Positions 53,511 through 63,340 of a DNA stretch of 64,000 nucleotides are shown piece after piece. The stretch covers positions 135,753-199,752 of the forward strand of contig CAWHIK010000007.1 of the NCBI GenBank assembly GCA_963829485.1, given 5' to 3'. The DNA is from an uncultured Chloroflexia bacterium (GTDB lineage: Bacteria; Chloroflexota; Anaerolineae; Anaerolineales; Villigracilaceae). Below the pieces are notes generated by a model. That model did not search any database. It was given only the letters and a program-made list of their open reading frames with translations, and was not told the origin of the DNA. The translations under genes and the position numbers were made by a program. Numbering within the stretch: position 1 is the first letter of the stretch; each line of letters starts with the position of its first letter.

Positions 53511-54362
53511 ATGAAACAGCGCCAGCGTTTTCTCACGCTGATCGGCCTTCCGTCAATCTACCTGCTGCTCCTGTTCATCGTCCCGCTCGGACTGATGGCT
53601 GTCTTCAGTTTCAGAGCAGGGACCACCGGCGCAGCGCGGGACGTATTCACCTTCGACAACTACATCAAATTTTTCCATAACACTTCGTTCCAGCGTCTGC
53701 TCTGGCGGTCGGCGGGGATATCCTTCTTCATGGCGATCATCTCATGCGTGCTGGCCTACCCGCTGGCTTACTACCTCGCCTTCAACGCCGGCTCGAAGAA
53801 GACCTTCCTGATGCTGCTGATCATCATCCCCACCTGGACCAGCTACCTGCTGCGCATCTTCTCGTGGAAACTGATCCTCGGCTCGAGCGGCCTGCTGAAC
53901 GGAATCCTGCAGGCGCTGGGGCTGATCGACCAGCCCTCGCCCATCCTGCTCTACTCGCGTCCGGCGGTGGTGATCACGCTGATCTACGTCTGGGTGCCGT
54001 TCGTCATGCTGCCCATCTTCGCCTCGCTCGAGCGCATCGACCGCTATCTCCTCGAGGCCGCCGCCGACCTGGGCTGCACGCGCTTCGAAGCGTTCCTGCG
54101 CGTGACCTTCCCGCTCAGCCTGCCCGGCGTGGTGGCCGGATTCTTCTTCGCCTTCATCCCCACCCTCGGCGAGTTCGTCACCCCGCTGCTGGTGGGAGGC
54201 GCGCAGGGCTCGATGTACGGCAACCTGATCCAGGACCAGTTCATGCGCGCGCTCAACTGGCCGATGGGCTCGGTGATGAGCCTGGCCATGCTGGTGATCG
54301 TGCTGCTGATGATGTTCCTGCTGACCCGCGTGGGACCGCTGACCGACCTGCTGGGGTTGTGA
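53511..54362 (+). CDS. ABC transporter permease (PotB-like)
   Basis: 6-TM BPD_transp_1 protein with an EAA-like loop (LEAAADLG). Confidence 0.9.
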   Translation: MKQRQRFLTLIGLPSIYLLLLFIVPLGLMAVFSFRAGTTGAARDVFTFDNYIKFFHNTSFQRLLWRSAGISFFMAIISCVLAYPLAYYLAFNAGSKKTFLMLLIIIPTWTSYLLRIFSWKLILGSSGLLNGILQALGLIDQPSPILLYSRPAVVITLIYVWVPFVMLPIFASLERIDRYLLEAAADLGCTRFEAFLRVTFPLSLPGVVAGFFFAFIPTLGEFVTPLLVGGAQGSMYGNLIQDQFMRALNWPMGSVMSLAMLVIVLLMMFLLTRVGPLTDLLGL

Positions 54363-54363
54363 C

Positions 54364-55161
54364 ATGCGCCAACTCAAACTCCCCTCCTTCGGCGCGTTCT
54401 ACTACCTGCTGGTGTGCGTGATCCTCTACCTGCCCATCGCGCTGCTGGTCATCTTCTCGTTCAACGACGCCACCTCGCTCACCTTTCCGCTCAAGGGATT
54501 CACGCTGCGCTGGTACGAGGCGGTGACGGAAAGCAGCGAGCTGTTGATGGCGCTGCGCAACAGCTTTTTTATTGCCTTCGGCTCAGCCCTCGTGGCGACG
54601 ATCCTGGGGGGGATGGGCGCCATCGCCATCGTGCGCTACAACCTGCCGGGGCGCGGAGCCTTCCTTGCCGTCGCCGCCATGCCGCTGGTCATCCCTTATG
54701 TCATCCTGGGTGTGTCGCTGCTGATCCTGCTCAACCAGGTCGGCATCCCGCTCTCGGCGCCGGCGGCCGGGCTGGGACATGTCATCATCAGCATCCCGTA
54801 CGCCCTGCTGATCATCTCCTCGCGGCTGGTGGGATTCCCCAACAACCTCGAGGAAGCCGCGATGGATTTGGGCGCGTCGTACTGGGAGGCGCTGGGACGC
54901 GTGACCATCCCCATCATCTCACCGGCGCTGCTGGCCTCCTTCCTGCTGTGCTTCACCATCTCCTTCGACGAATTTTCCATCGCTTCATTTCTGGTCGGCA
55001 CAGACGCCACCCTGCCCGTGTACATGTACTCGCAGCTGCGCTTCCCCACCCGCCTGCCCATCGTCATCGCGCTGGCGGCCATCATCATGACCGTCACCAT
55101 GGCGGTGATGATCCTCAGCGAGTGGCTGCGCCGGCCTCCGCAACAACCTTCAAGGAAATAA
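54364..55161 (+). CDS. ABC transporter permease (PotC-like)
   Basis: 6-TM permease with an EEAAMDLGAS loop. Starts 1 nt after the previous stop. Confidence 0.9.
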   Translation: MRQLKLPSFGAFYYLLVCVILYLPIALLVIFSFNDATSLTFPLKGFTLRWYEAVTESSELLMALRNSFFIAFGSALVATILGGMGAIAIVRYNLPGRGAFLAVAAMPLVIPYVILGVSLLILLNQVGIPLSAPAAGLGHVIISIPYALLIISSRLVGFPNNLEEAAMDLGASYWEALGRVTIPIISPALLASFLLCFTISFDEFSIASFLVGTDATLPVYMYSQLRFPTRLPIVIALAAIIMTVTMAVMILSEWLRRPPQQPSRK

Positions 55162-55164
55162 CCC

Positions 55165-56274
<1,110 letters not shown>

Positions 56275-56299
56275 TGTACGGTGACGACCTCCTCAGCCC

Positions 56300-56327
56300 T
56301 TGAAAATTATAACAAATTTGTTATAAT
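56300..56327 (+). promoter_or_regulatory. HigBA promoter TTGAAA-16 nt-TATAAT overlapped by a perfect 22-bp palindrome (operator)
   Basis: ATTATAACAAATTTGTTATAAT at 56306-56327 includes the -10 box. Confidence 0.6.
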
Positions 56328-56341
56328 GGGGACGAAAGCCC

Positions 56342-56668
56342 ATGTGGCAGATCCACTTCTACGAAGACCATCGCGGTAAAAGCTCTGTTCTGGATTTCAT
56401 CAACAGCCTCTCCCCCATGGAAAAAGCGAGGGTCAACAACGGGCTGCGATTGCTGGAAGAATTCGGCATAGACCTGGGGATGCCGCACGCCCGCCGGATT
56501 GAAGGCCGGCTGTGGGAACTTCGTCCCGGTGGAAACCGCCTGTTCTATTTCCTTTATACGGAGAGGAGATTCGTCATTCTGCACGGCTTTCGCAAGCAGT
56601 CCATGAAAACGCCGGAGAAGGAAATCGCCAAAGCGGTGCGCCGGATGAAGGAAATACTGGAGGATTAA
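56342..56668 (+). CDS. higB: Type II toxin, RelE/HigB (Gp49-like) family
   Basis: 108 aa (...LWELRPGGNRLFYFLYTERRFVILHGFRKQSMKTP). The stop abuts the antitoxin start. Confidence 0.85.
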   Translation: MWQIHFYEDHRGKSSVLDFINSLSPMEKARVNNGLRLLEEFGIDLGMPHARRIEGRLWELRPGGNRLFYFLYTERRFVILHGFRKQSMKTPEKEIAKAVRRMKEILED

Positions 56669-56950
56669 ATGACCCCTGTCTCAAAAAAGACCCTGAAGGG
56701 TTGGCAGGCCCAACAACTGAAAGACCCTGAATTCGTCGCCGCGGCAAATGAACTGGAACCCGGTTACCAGATTGCGCGCCTGCGAATCCAGCGCGGATTG
56801 ACACAGGCGCAACTGGCAGATATGGTCGGGACACGCCAGCCCTCCATCGCGCGGCTTGAAAACGGCTCAAGCGTGCCCAGCCTGTCCTTTCTGGACCGCA
56901 TCGCCACGGCGCTGGATGCCCGCATCGAACTGCGGGTTGTCCCACGTTAA
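56669..56950 (+). CDS. higA: Type II antitoxin, XRE-family HTH (HigA-like)
   Basis: LRIQRGLTQAQLADMVGTRQPSIARLENG HTH motif. Confidence 0.85.
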   Translation: MTPVSKKTLKGWQAQQLKDPEFVAAANELEPGYQIARLRIQRGLTQAQLADMVGTRQPSIARLENGSSVPSLSFLDRIATALDARIELRVVPR

Positions 56951-56967
56951 TCCTATATTATATAGTA

Positions 56968-57003
56968 CTGGGCTTGAGGAGCGACTCTTCAAGCTCAGTT
57001 TTT
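56968..57003 (+). terminator. Intrinsic terminator after higA
   Basis: 14-bp stem (two G-U pairs), a 3-nt loop, then TTTTT. Confidence 0.65.
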
Positions 57004-57100
57004 GTAAGTTAGTCCTTCGGGTAAAATCCGGTCGGGGACGGGACGCGCGCCCCAAGGTGTAGTCCATCGCCCAGCGGAGTTTTATTCAGGATTAGAGTAA

Positions 57101-57331
57101 ATGACGCCAGTTATACTAAATCAAGTTATTAACGTCTCTGCGCTTACTTTCGTAATTTGTTTGTTTATTCTAAAGGCGCGACTTAATATTAGAGATGCTC
57201 GGAGGAAATTGAACGAAAGAGATCTGTCAAGTTGGTCAAAAGCTTGGGAGATTTTTGTTTTGTTTTCTAGTGCTGTGGTCGTTTTAGTAGCAATGGCAAT
57301 AATAGGTCTTTTGTTTATGAAATTGTTTTAG
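57101..57331 (+). CDS. Possible small membrane protein (76 aa) in an AT-rich patch
   Basis: Two hydrophobic helices but a weak RBS. No homology recognised. Confidence 0.4.
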   Translation: MTPVILNQVINVSALTFVICLFILKARLNIRDARRKLNERDLSSWSKAWEIFVLFSSAVVVLVAMAIIGLLFMKLF

Positions 57332-57368
57332 TGATAACCATCACCGCAATGACATATATGGAGAACCC

Positions 57369-58826
57369 ATGACCTGGAGAAGTCTCGACCCTAGCCAGCC
57401 CGGCGGCGTGCACCTGACGCGCCTGTCGGACGAACAATTTGAAAAGATCCACGCCGCCAGCCTCGAGATACTCGGGCGCATCGGCGTGCGCGTGGACCTG
57501 CCGGAGGCGCTCGACCTGCTGAAGAAAGGCGGCGCGCAGGTCGAAGGGAACATCGTCCGCGTCCCCCACAAGATGGTGGAAAGCGCGCTCCTCAGCGCGC
57601 CCAAGAAGGTCACGCTCCATAACCGGCACGGCGACCCGGTCATGCCGCTGGAGAATAATCGCTGCTTCTTCGGCCCCGGCTCGGACTGCCTGACGATCAT
57701 CGACCACCGCACGGACGAACGGCGCAAGCCCGTGCTTCAGGACGTGGCCGAGGGCAGCCGCCTGTGCGATGCCCTGCCTAATATCGACTTCGTCATGTCC
57801 ATGGTGCTGCCGTCCGACGTGGACGCGACGCTGGCGGACACCTACCAGATGGAAGCCATGCTGTCGAACACGGTCAAGCCCATCCTGTACGTGTCGTATG
57901 AATCACAGGGACTGGTGAACGCCGTCGAGATGGCGGAGGCCGTGGTCGGCGGCGCGGACGCGCTGCGCGAGAAACCCATCCTGACCTGCTACATCAACGT
58001 GGTGTCGGGCGCGGTGCACAACGCGGAGAGCCTGCGCAAGCTGCTGTATCTTTCGGGCAAGGGACTGCCGTCGCTGTACATCCCCGGCTCGAATGCGGGC
58101 GTCACCAGCCCGATGACGCAGGCCGGCGCGGTCGCGCTGGACACCGCCGGGGCGCTGCTGGGACTCGTCCTGGCGCAGTTGAAGCGGGAAGGCGCGCCGT
58201 ACATCATGTCCGCCATGGACCCGGCGGCGCTGGACATGCGCACCATGGTCTCGCCGTACGCCTACCCCGAGCGCGGATTCATCCGCTCGGTGTCGCAGCG
58301 CTACGGGCTGCCGACGCTCTCGCTGGCCGGCGCGACGGATTCCAAGGTGGTGGACGGTCAGGCCGCCGCGGAGGCCGCTCTCACGATGCTGGCGGACGTC
58401 TTCATGGGCGGCAATCTCATCCACGATCTGGGCTATCTCGAATTGGGACTCACCTACTCGTTCGCGCAGCTGGTCATCTGCGAGCAGATGGTGGACTGGA
58501 TCAAGGGTTTCTTCCGCGAGATCGAAGTGACCGACGAGACACTTGCGCTGGACGAGATCGAGCGCGCCGGCGCGGGCGGCATGTACCTCAGTTCCAAGCA
58601 TACGAAGAAGCACTTCAAGGAAACCTGGTACCCGGACCTGTTCGAGCGCGGGAGTTACACGGATTGGGAAAAGAAGGGCGGCCAGACCCTGCTGGAGCGC
58701 GCCTCAACGCGCGTGGAAAAGCTGCTGGCTGAACACCAGCCCGAGCCGCTGCCGGAGGATGTGAAGGTGAAGTTGAGGAAGATTGTGGAGAGGGCGAACC
58801 CCCACCCAGCCTTCCCCAAATCCTAG
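57369..58826 (+). CDS. MttB-superfamily methyltransferase, non-pyrrolysine type (quaternary-amine:corrinoid methyltransferase-like)
   Basis: 485 aa with MttB-like sequence throughout and no in-frame TAG. GGAGAA RBS. Confidence 0.9.
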   Translation: MTWRSLDPSQPGGVHLTRLSDEQFEKIHAASLEILGRIGVRVDLPEALDLLKKGGAQVEGNIVRVPHKMVESALLSAPKKVTLHNRHGDPVMPLENNRCFFGPGSDCLTIIDHRTDERRKPVLQDVAEGSRLCDALPNIDFVMSMVLPSDVDATLADTYQMEAMLSNTVKPILYVSYESQGLVNAVEMAEAVVGGADALREKPILTCYINVVSGAVHNAESLRKLLYLSGKGLPSLYIPGSNAGVTSPMTQAGAVALDTAGALLGLVLAQLKREGAPYIMSAMDPAALDMRTMVSPYAYPERGFIRSVSQRYGLPTLSLAGATDSKVVDGQAAAEAALTMLADVFMGGNLIHDLGYLELGLTYSFAQLVICEQMVDWIKGFFREIEVTDETLALDEIERAGAGGMYLSSKHTKKHFKETWYPDLFERGSYTDWEKKGGQTLLERASTRVEKLLAEHQPEPLPEDVKVKLRKIVERANPHPAFPKS

Positions 58827-58862
58827 GATGAGGGGGAGGCGGCCGCAGGCCGGAGGGGGTCA
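58801..58862. repeat. Short variant of the intergenic repeat module seen at 60489-60568
   Basis: CCCACCCAGCCTTCCCCAAATC...GGGGGAGG...GGAGGGGGTCAA parallels CCTACCCAGCCTTCGCC...CCCCAAATC...GGGGGAGG...GGAGGGGATCAA. It overlaps the last codons of the MttB gene. Confidence 0.4.
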
Positions 58863-58922
58863 AAACTGGGCAGGGTCAGAGACCCGCGCCTAGCGAGCTG
58901 GTTGTAACGTGGAACTGGCAAA

Positions 58923-59468
58923 TCATGAATTTGCTAGTTCCAATTTGACCGCATAACTATCATCTTTTATGTGAAAACTAAGATCAGGGTAATTCGAGGT
59001 TACTTCTATCGGAAATGAAATGCTGCAACAATTTTTTCGCATCATGACTGTCTTCACGAAGACTTTAAATAGTTTTCTCAATAAGTAAGACATCGCTCCA
59101 AGAACCACTAGTAATATTATCCAAAGGATTATGGCTAATATATCCTCTGAATAACCTGCCAAAAACAATAGATATCCAGAAATTACCCATAACAGTGGTG
59201 GAATAATCCAAAGAATGATTAATACAACATTATCGAACGCTAAATGAAAGGCACATCTCTTACAAGTCGGAACGGTCCATGAGAGGTACGTTGTTAATCC
59301 TCCACCAAGAACTGGCTTGTGCTCCAATCGATAATGATGATTACCATCAATACCAAGTCCACAACAAGGACATTGCTGGGGCCAATTAATATTTTGTAAA
59401 TATATTTTTTCAGGGGAAATTCCCAAAGCGTCACTTTGACGGGACATCTGGACACTGAAGGTTTTCAT
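58923..59468 (-). CDS. Hypothetical membrane protein with an N-terminal CxxC...CxxC zinc-ribbon-like motif
   Basis: CPCCG...CKRC followed by 3-4 TM helices. GAGGAG RBS before ATG 59468. Strongly AT-rich. Confidence 0.6.
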   Translation of the reverse strand: MKTFSVQMSRQSDALGISPEKIYLQNINWPQQCPCCGLGIDGNHHYRLEHKPVLGGGLTTYLSWTVPTCKRCAFHLAFDNVVLIILWIIPPLLWVISGYLLFLAGYSEDILAIILWIILLVVLGAMSYLLRKLFKVFVKTVMMRKNCCSISFPIEVTSNYPDLSFHIKDDSYAVKLELANS

Positions 59469-59573
59469 TGTATCTTCTCCTCTAGCAGGCAAACTGGTGG
59501 GTACTCCTAGCGATTTGCTACCTGTCCAGTATTTTCAATTGAGACGGCGATAAAGGAGGATTGTAAAGACTAC

Positions 59574-59617
59574 TAAATATTATGATACAAAACAAGGCAG
59601 ACCGCGCGACCGCTGCC
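59574..59617 (-). repeat. Hairpin + CATAAT junction repeat, copy A
   Basis: Minus strand reads GGCAGCGGTCGCGCGGTCTGCC-TTGTTTTGTATCATAATATT. It sits between the hydrolase stop and the next gene. Confidence 0.45.
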
Positions 59618-59620
59618 ATT

Positions 59621-60376
59621 TCATTGAGTTTGTGCATCAAGAAAATCAAGAATACGTGGGATGGTCAAGTCGCCACGCACAAGAAGATCAAGATGGCTCA
59701 ACCCAGTCAGGGTTATTAACGATGAATTTGAAGTCGCGTGTTCGATTTTTCTTAACAGTTCCATTTCAACGCCTATAAAATCGCTTGTCAAAATAAGACT
59801 GAAAAGGTTAATAGTTTCTGAAAGGTTGTTGATATCATCAATTATCCTGGGAATATCATCTGCAATGCCACTGGAAAGAGATAGTAGTGCTATTTTGTCA
59901 TTGTTCAAAAACCGGGCTCTATTGTTAGGTGTGAGTGCTAATTGAGAGGTTAGGGTTTCTATATTATTTACAAAATCTCGAATTACCTTTGAGTCATCCG
60001 GACCCGGAACACCATCTAATAGAATCATTGACTGGATTCTTTCGGGATATTTTCTCAAAAAGCGATAGACGATCCAACCTCCAAACGAGAAACCCAGGAC
60101 ATGACAGAGACCAATTCCCAATTCATCCAATACAGCAACGACATCCTGAACATACTTATCTATGTAATACGAATTCGGATCATAGGGTTTGTCACTTTGC
60201 CCGTGTCCTCGCAAATCAATCAGAATAAGTTTGTATTTTCTTCCCAATCTCGCTACGTAGCCAAATTCAATCCAGTCTTCGCAACTACCAAAAACCCCAT
60301 GAAGCAACACGATGGGTGGTCCTTCACCCACTACTTTGTAATAAATATTTATACCTTGATTGTTAATTTTTGCCAT
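59621..60376 (-). CDS. Alpha/beta-fold hydrolase
   Basis: HG oxyanion motif (LLHGVFG) and nucleophile elbow GFSFGG. GAGGAAG RBS. AT-rich. Confidence 0.85.
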   Translation of the reverse strand: MAKINNQGINIYYKVVGEGPPIVLLHGVFGSCEDWIEFGYVARLGRKYKLILIDLRGHGQSDKPYDPNSYYIDKYVQDVVAVLDELGIGLCHVLGFSFGGWIVYRFLRKYPERIQSMILLDGVPGPDDSKVIRDFVNNIETLTSQLALTPNNRARFLNNDKIALLSLSSGIADDIPRIIDDINNLSETINLFSLILTSDFIGVEMELLRKIEHATSNSSLITLTGLSHLDLLVRGDLTIPRILDFLDAQTQ

Positions 60377-60440
60377 GAGTCTTCCTCAACCGCAGATGTG
60401 GCAGGTAATGGTTGTGTTATAGGGAAGGGCAAATTGTCAA

Positions 60441-60625
60441 GACGATACAATGATTATGGCACAAAACGGGTCAGACCGCACGACCGACCCCTACCCAGCC
60501 TTCGCCAGTTGCATGCGAAGCGCGTCCCCCAAATCTTTTAAGATTTGGGGGAGGTGTCCTACGGACGGAGGGGATCAAGATCTGCGCACAGCGCAAGTCA
60601 GTTGCAGTCGAATTTTGGGCGGCGT
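60441..60625 (-). repeat. Junction repeat, copy B (long form with extra hairpins)
   Basis: GACGATACAATGATTATGGCACAAAAC core at 60441-60467, a 12-bp perfect hairpin TCCCCCAAATCT/AGATTTGGGGGA at 60525-60552, and a GCGCACAGCGCAAGTCAGTTGC segment shared with copy D. Confidence 0.5.
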
Positions 60626-60631
60626 CAGAAA

Positions 60632-61270
60632 TTATTCGGTCTGTAATTTCTGGAAACGGGCATAGACATAGGGTCGCACATCACCGGACGGCATACGATA
60701 GGTATAGTCCATACTCTCCACAAGTCTGAACCCGTCTCCGAAAAATTCACACAGGCCATCCACGTTGTATCTTTGCACAGGCAGGCCGCTGCATTTTTCC
60801 GCCCCATCCAAAGCGAAGGTGGCCATGATAACAAATCCGCCCGGCATGACGGCTTTTTGCAGCAGGGAATGGTACGTCCGCCTGTGTTGTTCTTCAGTAA
60901 GAAAATGAAACACGGCTCTGTCGTGCCAGACAGCGATATTTTGGAGTTGCAGCACAGCGGTTGGATTGGTAATATCATCCACCATCCAGTGCACCTGGGC
61001 GGCCTGCTCTTTGGTTAGCAGGGTTTTGGCCGTTTCCAGGGCAACATCGCTGATATCGACGGCATAAAGATTATCGTAGCCAAGTTCCAGCAGATTGGAA
61101 ATAAGGACCGATGTGCCCGATCCAATATCCACAATCGGGGACTGCCGGGGAACCGCACACTGTTCAATAAGCTGAATGGATGGGGACGACCTGGATTCAT
61201 ACCAGCCCAGTTGAGTGATGGGATCCTGGGTATATTTCCTGTTCCAATGCTCTTTCAATACCGATGTCAT
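60632..61270 (-). CDS. Class I SAM-dependent methyltransferase
   Basis: Motif I VDIGSGTSVL. ATG 61270 is preferred; the alternative TTG 61309 is possible. Confidence 0.85.
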   Translation of the reverse strand: MTSVLKEHWNRKYTQDPITQLGWYESRSSPSIQLIEQCAVPRQSPIVDIGSGTSVLISNLLELGYDNLYAVDISDVALETAKTLLTKEQAAQVHWMVDDITNPTAVLQLQNIAVWHDRAVFHFLTEEQHRRTYHSLLQKAVMPGGFVIMATFALDGAEKCSGLPVQRYNVDGLCEFFGDGFRLVESMDYTYRMPSGDVRPYVYARFQKLQTE

Positions 61271-61342
61271 GAGTGTCTTCAACTTTCTTTTTAATTGGCC
61301 GCCTGGCAAGTATTTATCCGCTGCGGTGACAGCCCTCGCCGC

Positions 61343-62299
61343 CTACGGGATATCCTTCTGGCACTGGAGCCATTCCGGGTCACGGGCATAGCCCAGCTTG
61401 TTGAAGAGCGCCTGCATCGGGGCGTTATGAATGGCGGTACAGGTCTTGAGCACCGGATAACCGTGCTCCCGTGCGTAGGCAATACCGCGCAGCTGCATCG
61501 CCAGCCCAATGCCGCGCTTGCGTTCCTCCCGGCGGACGCCGAGCAGCCCCCCGAGCAGTGTGTCGCCGTTGGGCTCCTTTCCCAGCTCCCGCAGGCCGAG
61601 GTACTCGTCCCCGCGCACGGCGACAAAATAGGCGTCGTGCAGGATGGTGGGATCGTTCATGCCCCATTTCACCCATTCGTCGAAGGAAGGCCTCTCAAGG
61701 CGGGTATCCTCCTGCGGGACATCCTCAACAGCTTCCCAGTACAGGTCGTAGATTTTTCGGTCCCGGTCCGGGTCGGATTCAAGCTGGCGCAGGGTCCTGA
61801 TCACGATACCCTGCTGCCGCAGTTTTGGCTCCAGCTCCGCATAGGGACTCGGGTCGAAGGAAGCGATATCCAGATGGACGGGGGTCTCACGGAAGGCTTC
61901 ATAGAATCCGCGTTTTTGCAGAAAAGGGAAACCCTGGGGCAGGTTCGTGAAGGCGTCCGCACGAAGGACGCGGGGGTCGAAAACCTGCAGGCCTTCCATA
62001 ACACATTCGTAGAGCTTCGAGCCGATCCCTCTCCGCTGGTATTCCGGCCGCACCTCGACATTGACATAGAATCGCTGCGGGTGATAGTCATCCATTCCCT
62101 GCCCGTAGGAAGCCCAGCCGACCGCGACCCCATCTTCGCTGGCGACCCAGCGCTGGTATTTACATTTGGGGTTGCGGTTCCGGTCGGCCTGTTCCCACCC
62201 TTCCGGGGTGCGAGGACGCTCCGGCCAGACAATATTCAGGCTGTTGTGGATATCCACGAAGGACGGGTAGTCATCGGGTGTAAACGTATGGATGTCCAT
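61343..62299 (-). CDS. GNAT-family acetyltransferase with two acetyltransferase-like halves
   Basis: 318 aa with the motifs RRGIGSKLY and RKRGIGLAMQL. Confidence 0.85.
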   Translation of the reverse strand: MDIHTFTPDDYPSFVDIHNSLNIVWPERPRTPEGWEQADRNRNPKCKYQRWVASEDGVAVGWASYGQGMDDYHPQRFYVNVEVRPEYQRRGIGSKLYECVMEGLQVFDPRVLRADAFTNLPQGFPFLQKRGFYEAFRETPVHLDIASFDPSPYAELEPKLRQQGIVIRTLRQLESDPDRDRKIYDLYWEAVEDVPQEDTRLERPSFDEWVKWGMNDPTILHDAYFVAVRGDEYLGLRELGKEPNGDTLLGGLLGVRREERKRGIGLAMQLRGIAYAREHGYPVLKTCTAIHNAPMQALFNKLGYARDPEWLQCQKDIP

Positions 62300-62392
62300 G
62301 GTTTTTTCATCCTATCATGGCGAAAAAGAGATATTTCCATCCATTACCTGGTACAGATCCATGATCAATCTCCCCTGCTGTAAATTAGAGAA

Positions 62393-62455
62393 GACGACAC
62401 AATGATTATGGCACAAAGCAAATCAGGCTGCGTCTGAAAAACCGGCGCGGTCTGT
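62393..62455 (-). repeat. Junction repeat, copy C (its hairpin half lies inside the 3' end of the upstream CDS)
   Basis: GACGACACAATGATTATGGCACAAAGC core plus CTGAAAAACCGGCGCGGTCTG, which matches copy D. Confidence 0.45.
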
Positions 62456-63034
62456 TTCCTTTGCATCCTTATCCTTCCGGCGCTTGAGCATGATCCGCTG
62501 CAGCCGCACGATCCGCCCCCGATTCCAGCGCTGCAACATTACCGGATAGACATTGAACAGGGTGGTAAAAGCTACCAGCCAGATCCCGATGAAAACCTGC
62601 CCGGCCAGGGTAAAAAAGGCAGCCACAGCGAGCGAAATTCCAGCGGCAAGGATGTGTACGCCTTCCACGGCGTTCATGTCCCTCAACAACCGATCCATAT
62701 CCGGCCCGCCCGACCTGACCTTGATGTTTGGGTTCAGCCAGCCCAGCGGCGTATACCGCAGCACCCAGCGAACAGCACCCAGTCCCACCCGATCGTATAT
62801 CCTGCCTTCGCGTTCCCAATACGCGAGGCGGAACCACTCCGGGTCCAGCCGGACAAAGATCCTGCCGGTCACCGCCGCAACGAACGCCATAATGAGCCAG
62901 GTCAGGGAAAATGCGAAGATCAACGGGTGGCGGTCAGGCTGGAAAACCGTCATGACCAATCCAATGCCGACCGCAACCGTCAGGGCGGTGAAGATGACCA
63001 GATACTTCGCAGTTGCTTCAGGATTACCTGTCAA
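62423..63034 (-). CDS. Polytopic membrane protein; the C-terminal NVYPVMLQRWNRGR motif resembles the CrtO (glycosyl-4,4'-diaponeurosporenoate acyltransferase) family
   Basis: 203 aa with a TTG start. The family assignment is tentative (motif recall only). Confidence 0.55.
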   Translation of the reverse strand: MTGNPEATAKYLVIFTALTVAVGIGLVMTVFQPDRHPLIFAFSLTWLIMAFVAAVTGRIFVRLDPEWFRLAYWEREGRIYDRVGLGAVRWVLRYTPLGWLNPNIKVRSGGPDMDRLLRDMNAVEGVHILAAGISLAVAAFFTLAGQVFIGIWLVAFTTLFNVYPVMLQRWNRGRIVRLQRIMLKRRKDKDAKETDRAGFSDAA

Positions 63035-63156
63035 GTGACAACCGCCTTACCCGTGCCATTGGCTCGAAATGAATGCCAAAAGGTGAGCAGCCTGTCCTTG
63101 GCGCTCTCTTTTCCCACCGCGCCTACAGAGCCCAAAGGCCTGTCCCGCTGATGGGC

Positions 63157-63270
63157 GAACGACACAATCATTATGACATAAAACAAAAAGACCGCGCCTG
63201 AAAACCGGCGCGGTCTGACGAAAGAACAGGTCAACCTGGAGCGCGCAGCGCAAGTCGGCTGCGTGCGGTG
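63157..63270 (-). repeat. Junction repeat, copy D, including a canonical terminator (63181-63216)
   Basis: Minus strand reads AGACCGCGCC-N8-GGCGCGGTCT + TTTTGTTTT, then ATGTCATAATGATTGTGTCG. Upstream, GCGCGCAGCGCAAGTCGGCTGCG is shared with copy B. Confidence 0.5.
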
Positions 63271-63340
63271 GTCATGCGGTTTTGCCATTTGGAGTCTACA
63301 TCGTTCTTTTACCGCGACCACGCCTGGAATTTCATTACGC

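Noticed and set aside
57369-58826. Possible pyrrolysine (in-frame TAG) in the MttB homolog
   Set aside because: The ORF is uninterrupted from ATG to the terminal TAG and has no internal amber codon. It is a non-Pyl MttB family member.
58923-63340. Integron-like gene-cassette array (small same-strand accessory genes separated by conserved repeats)
   Set aside because: There is no intI integrase. The repeats lack attC-type R''/L''-L'/R' (GTTRRRY) cores. Instead they carry a terminator hairpin plus a -10-like box, so I report them as a junction repeat family.
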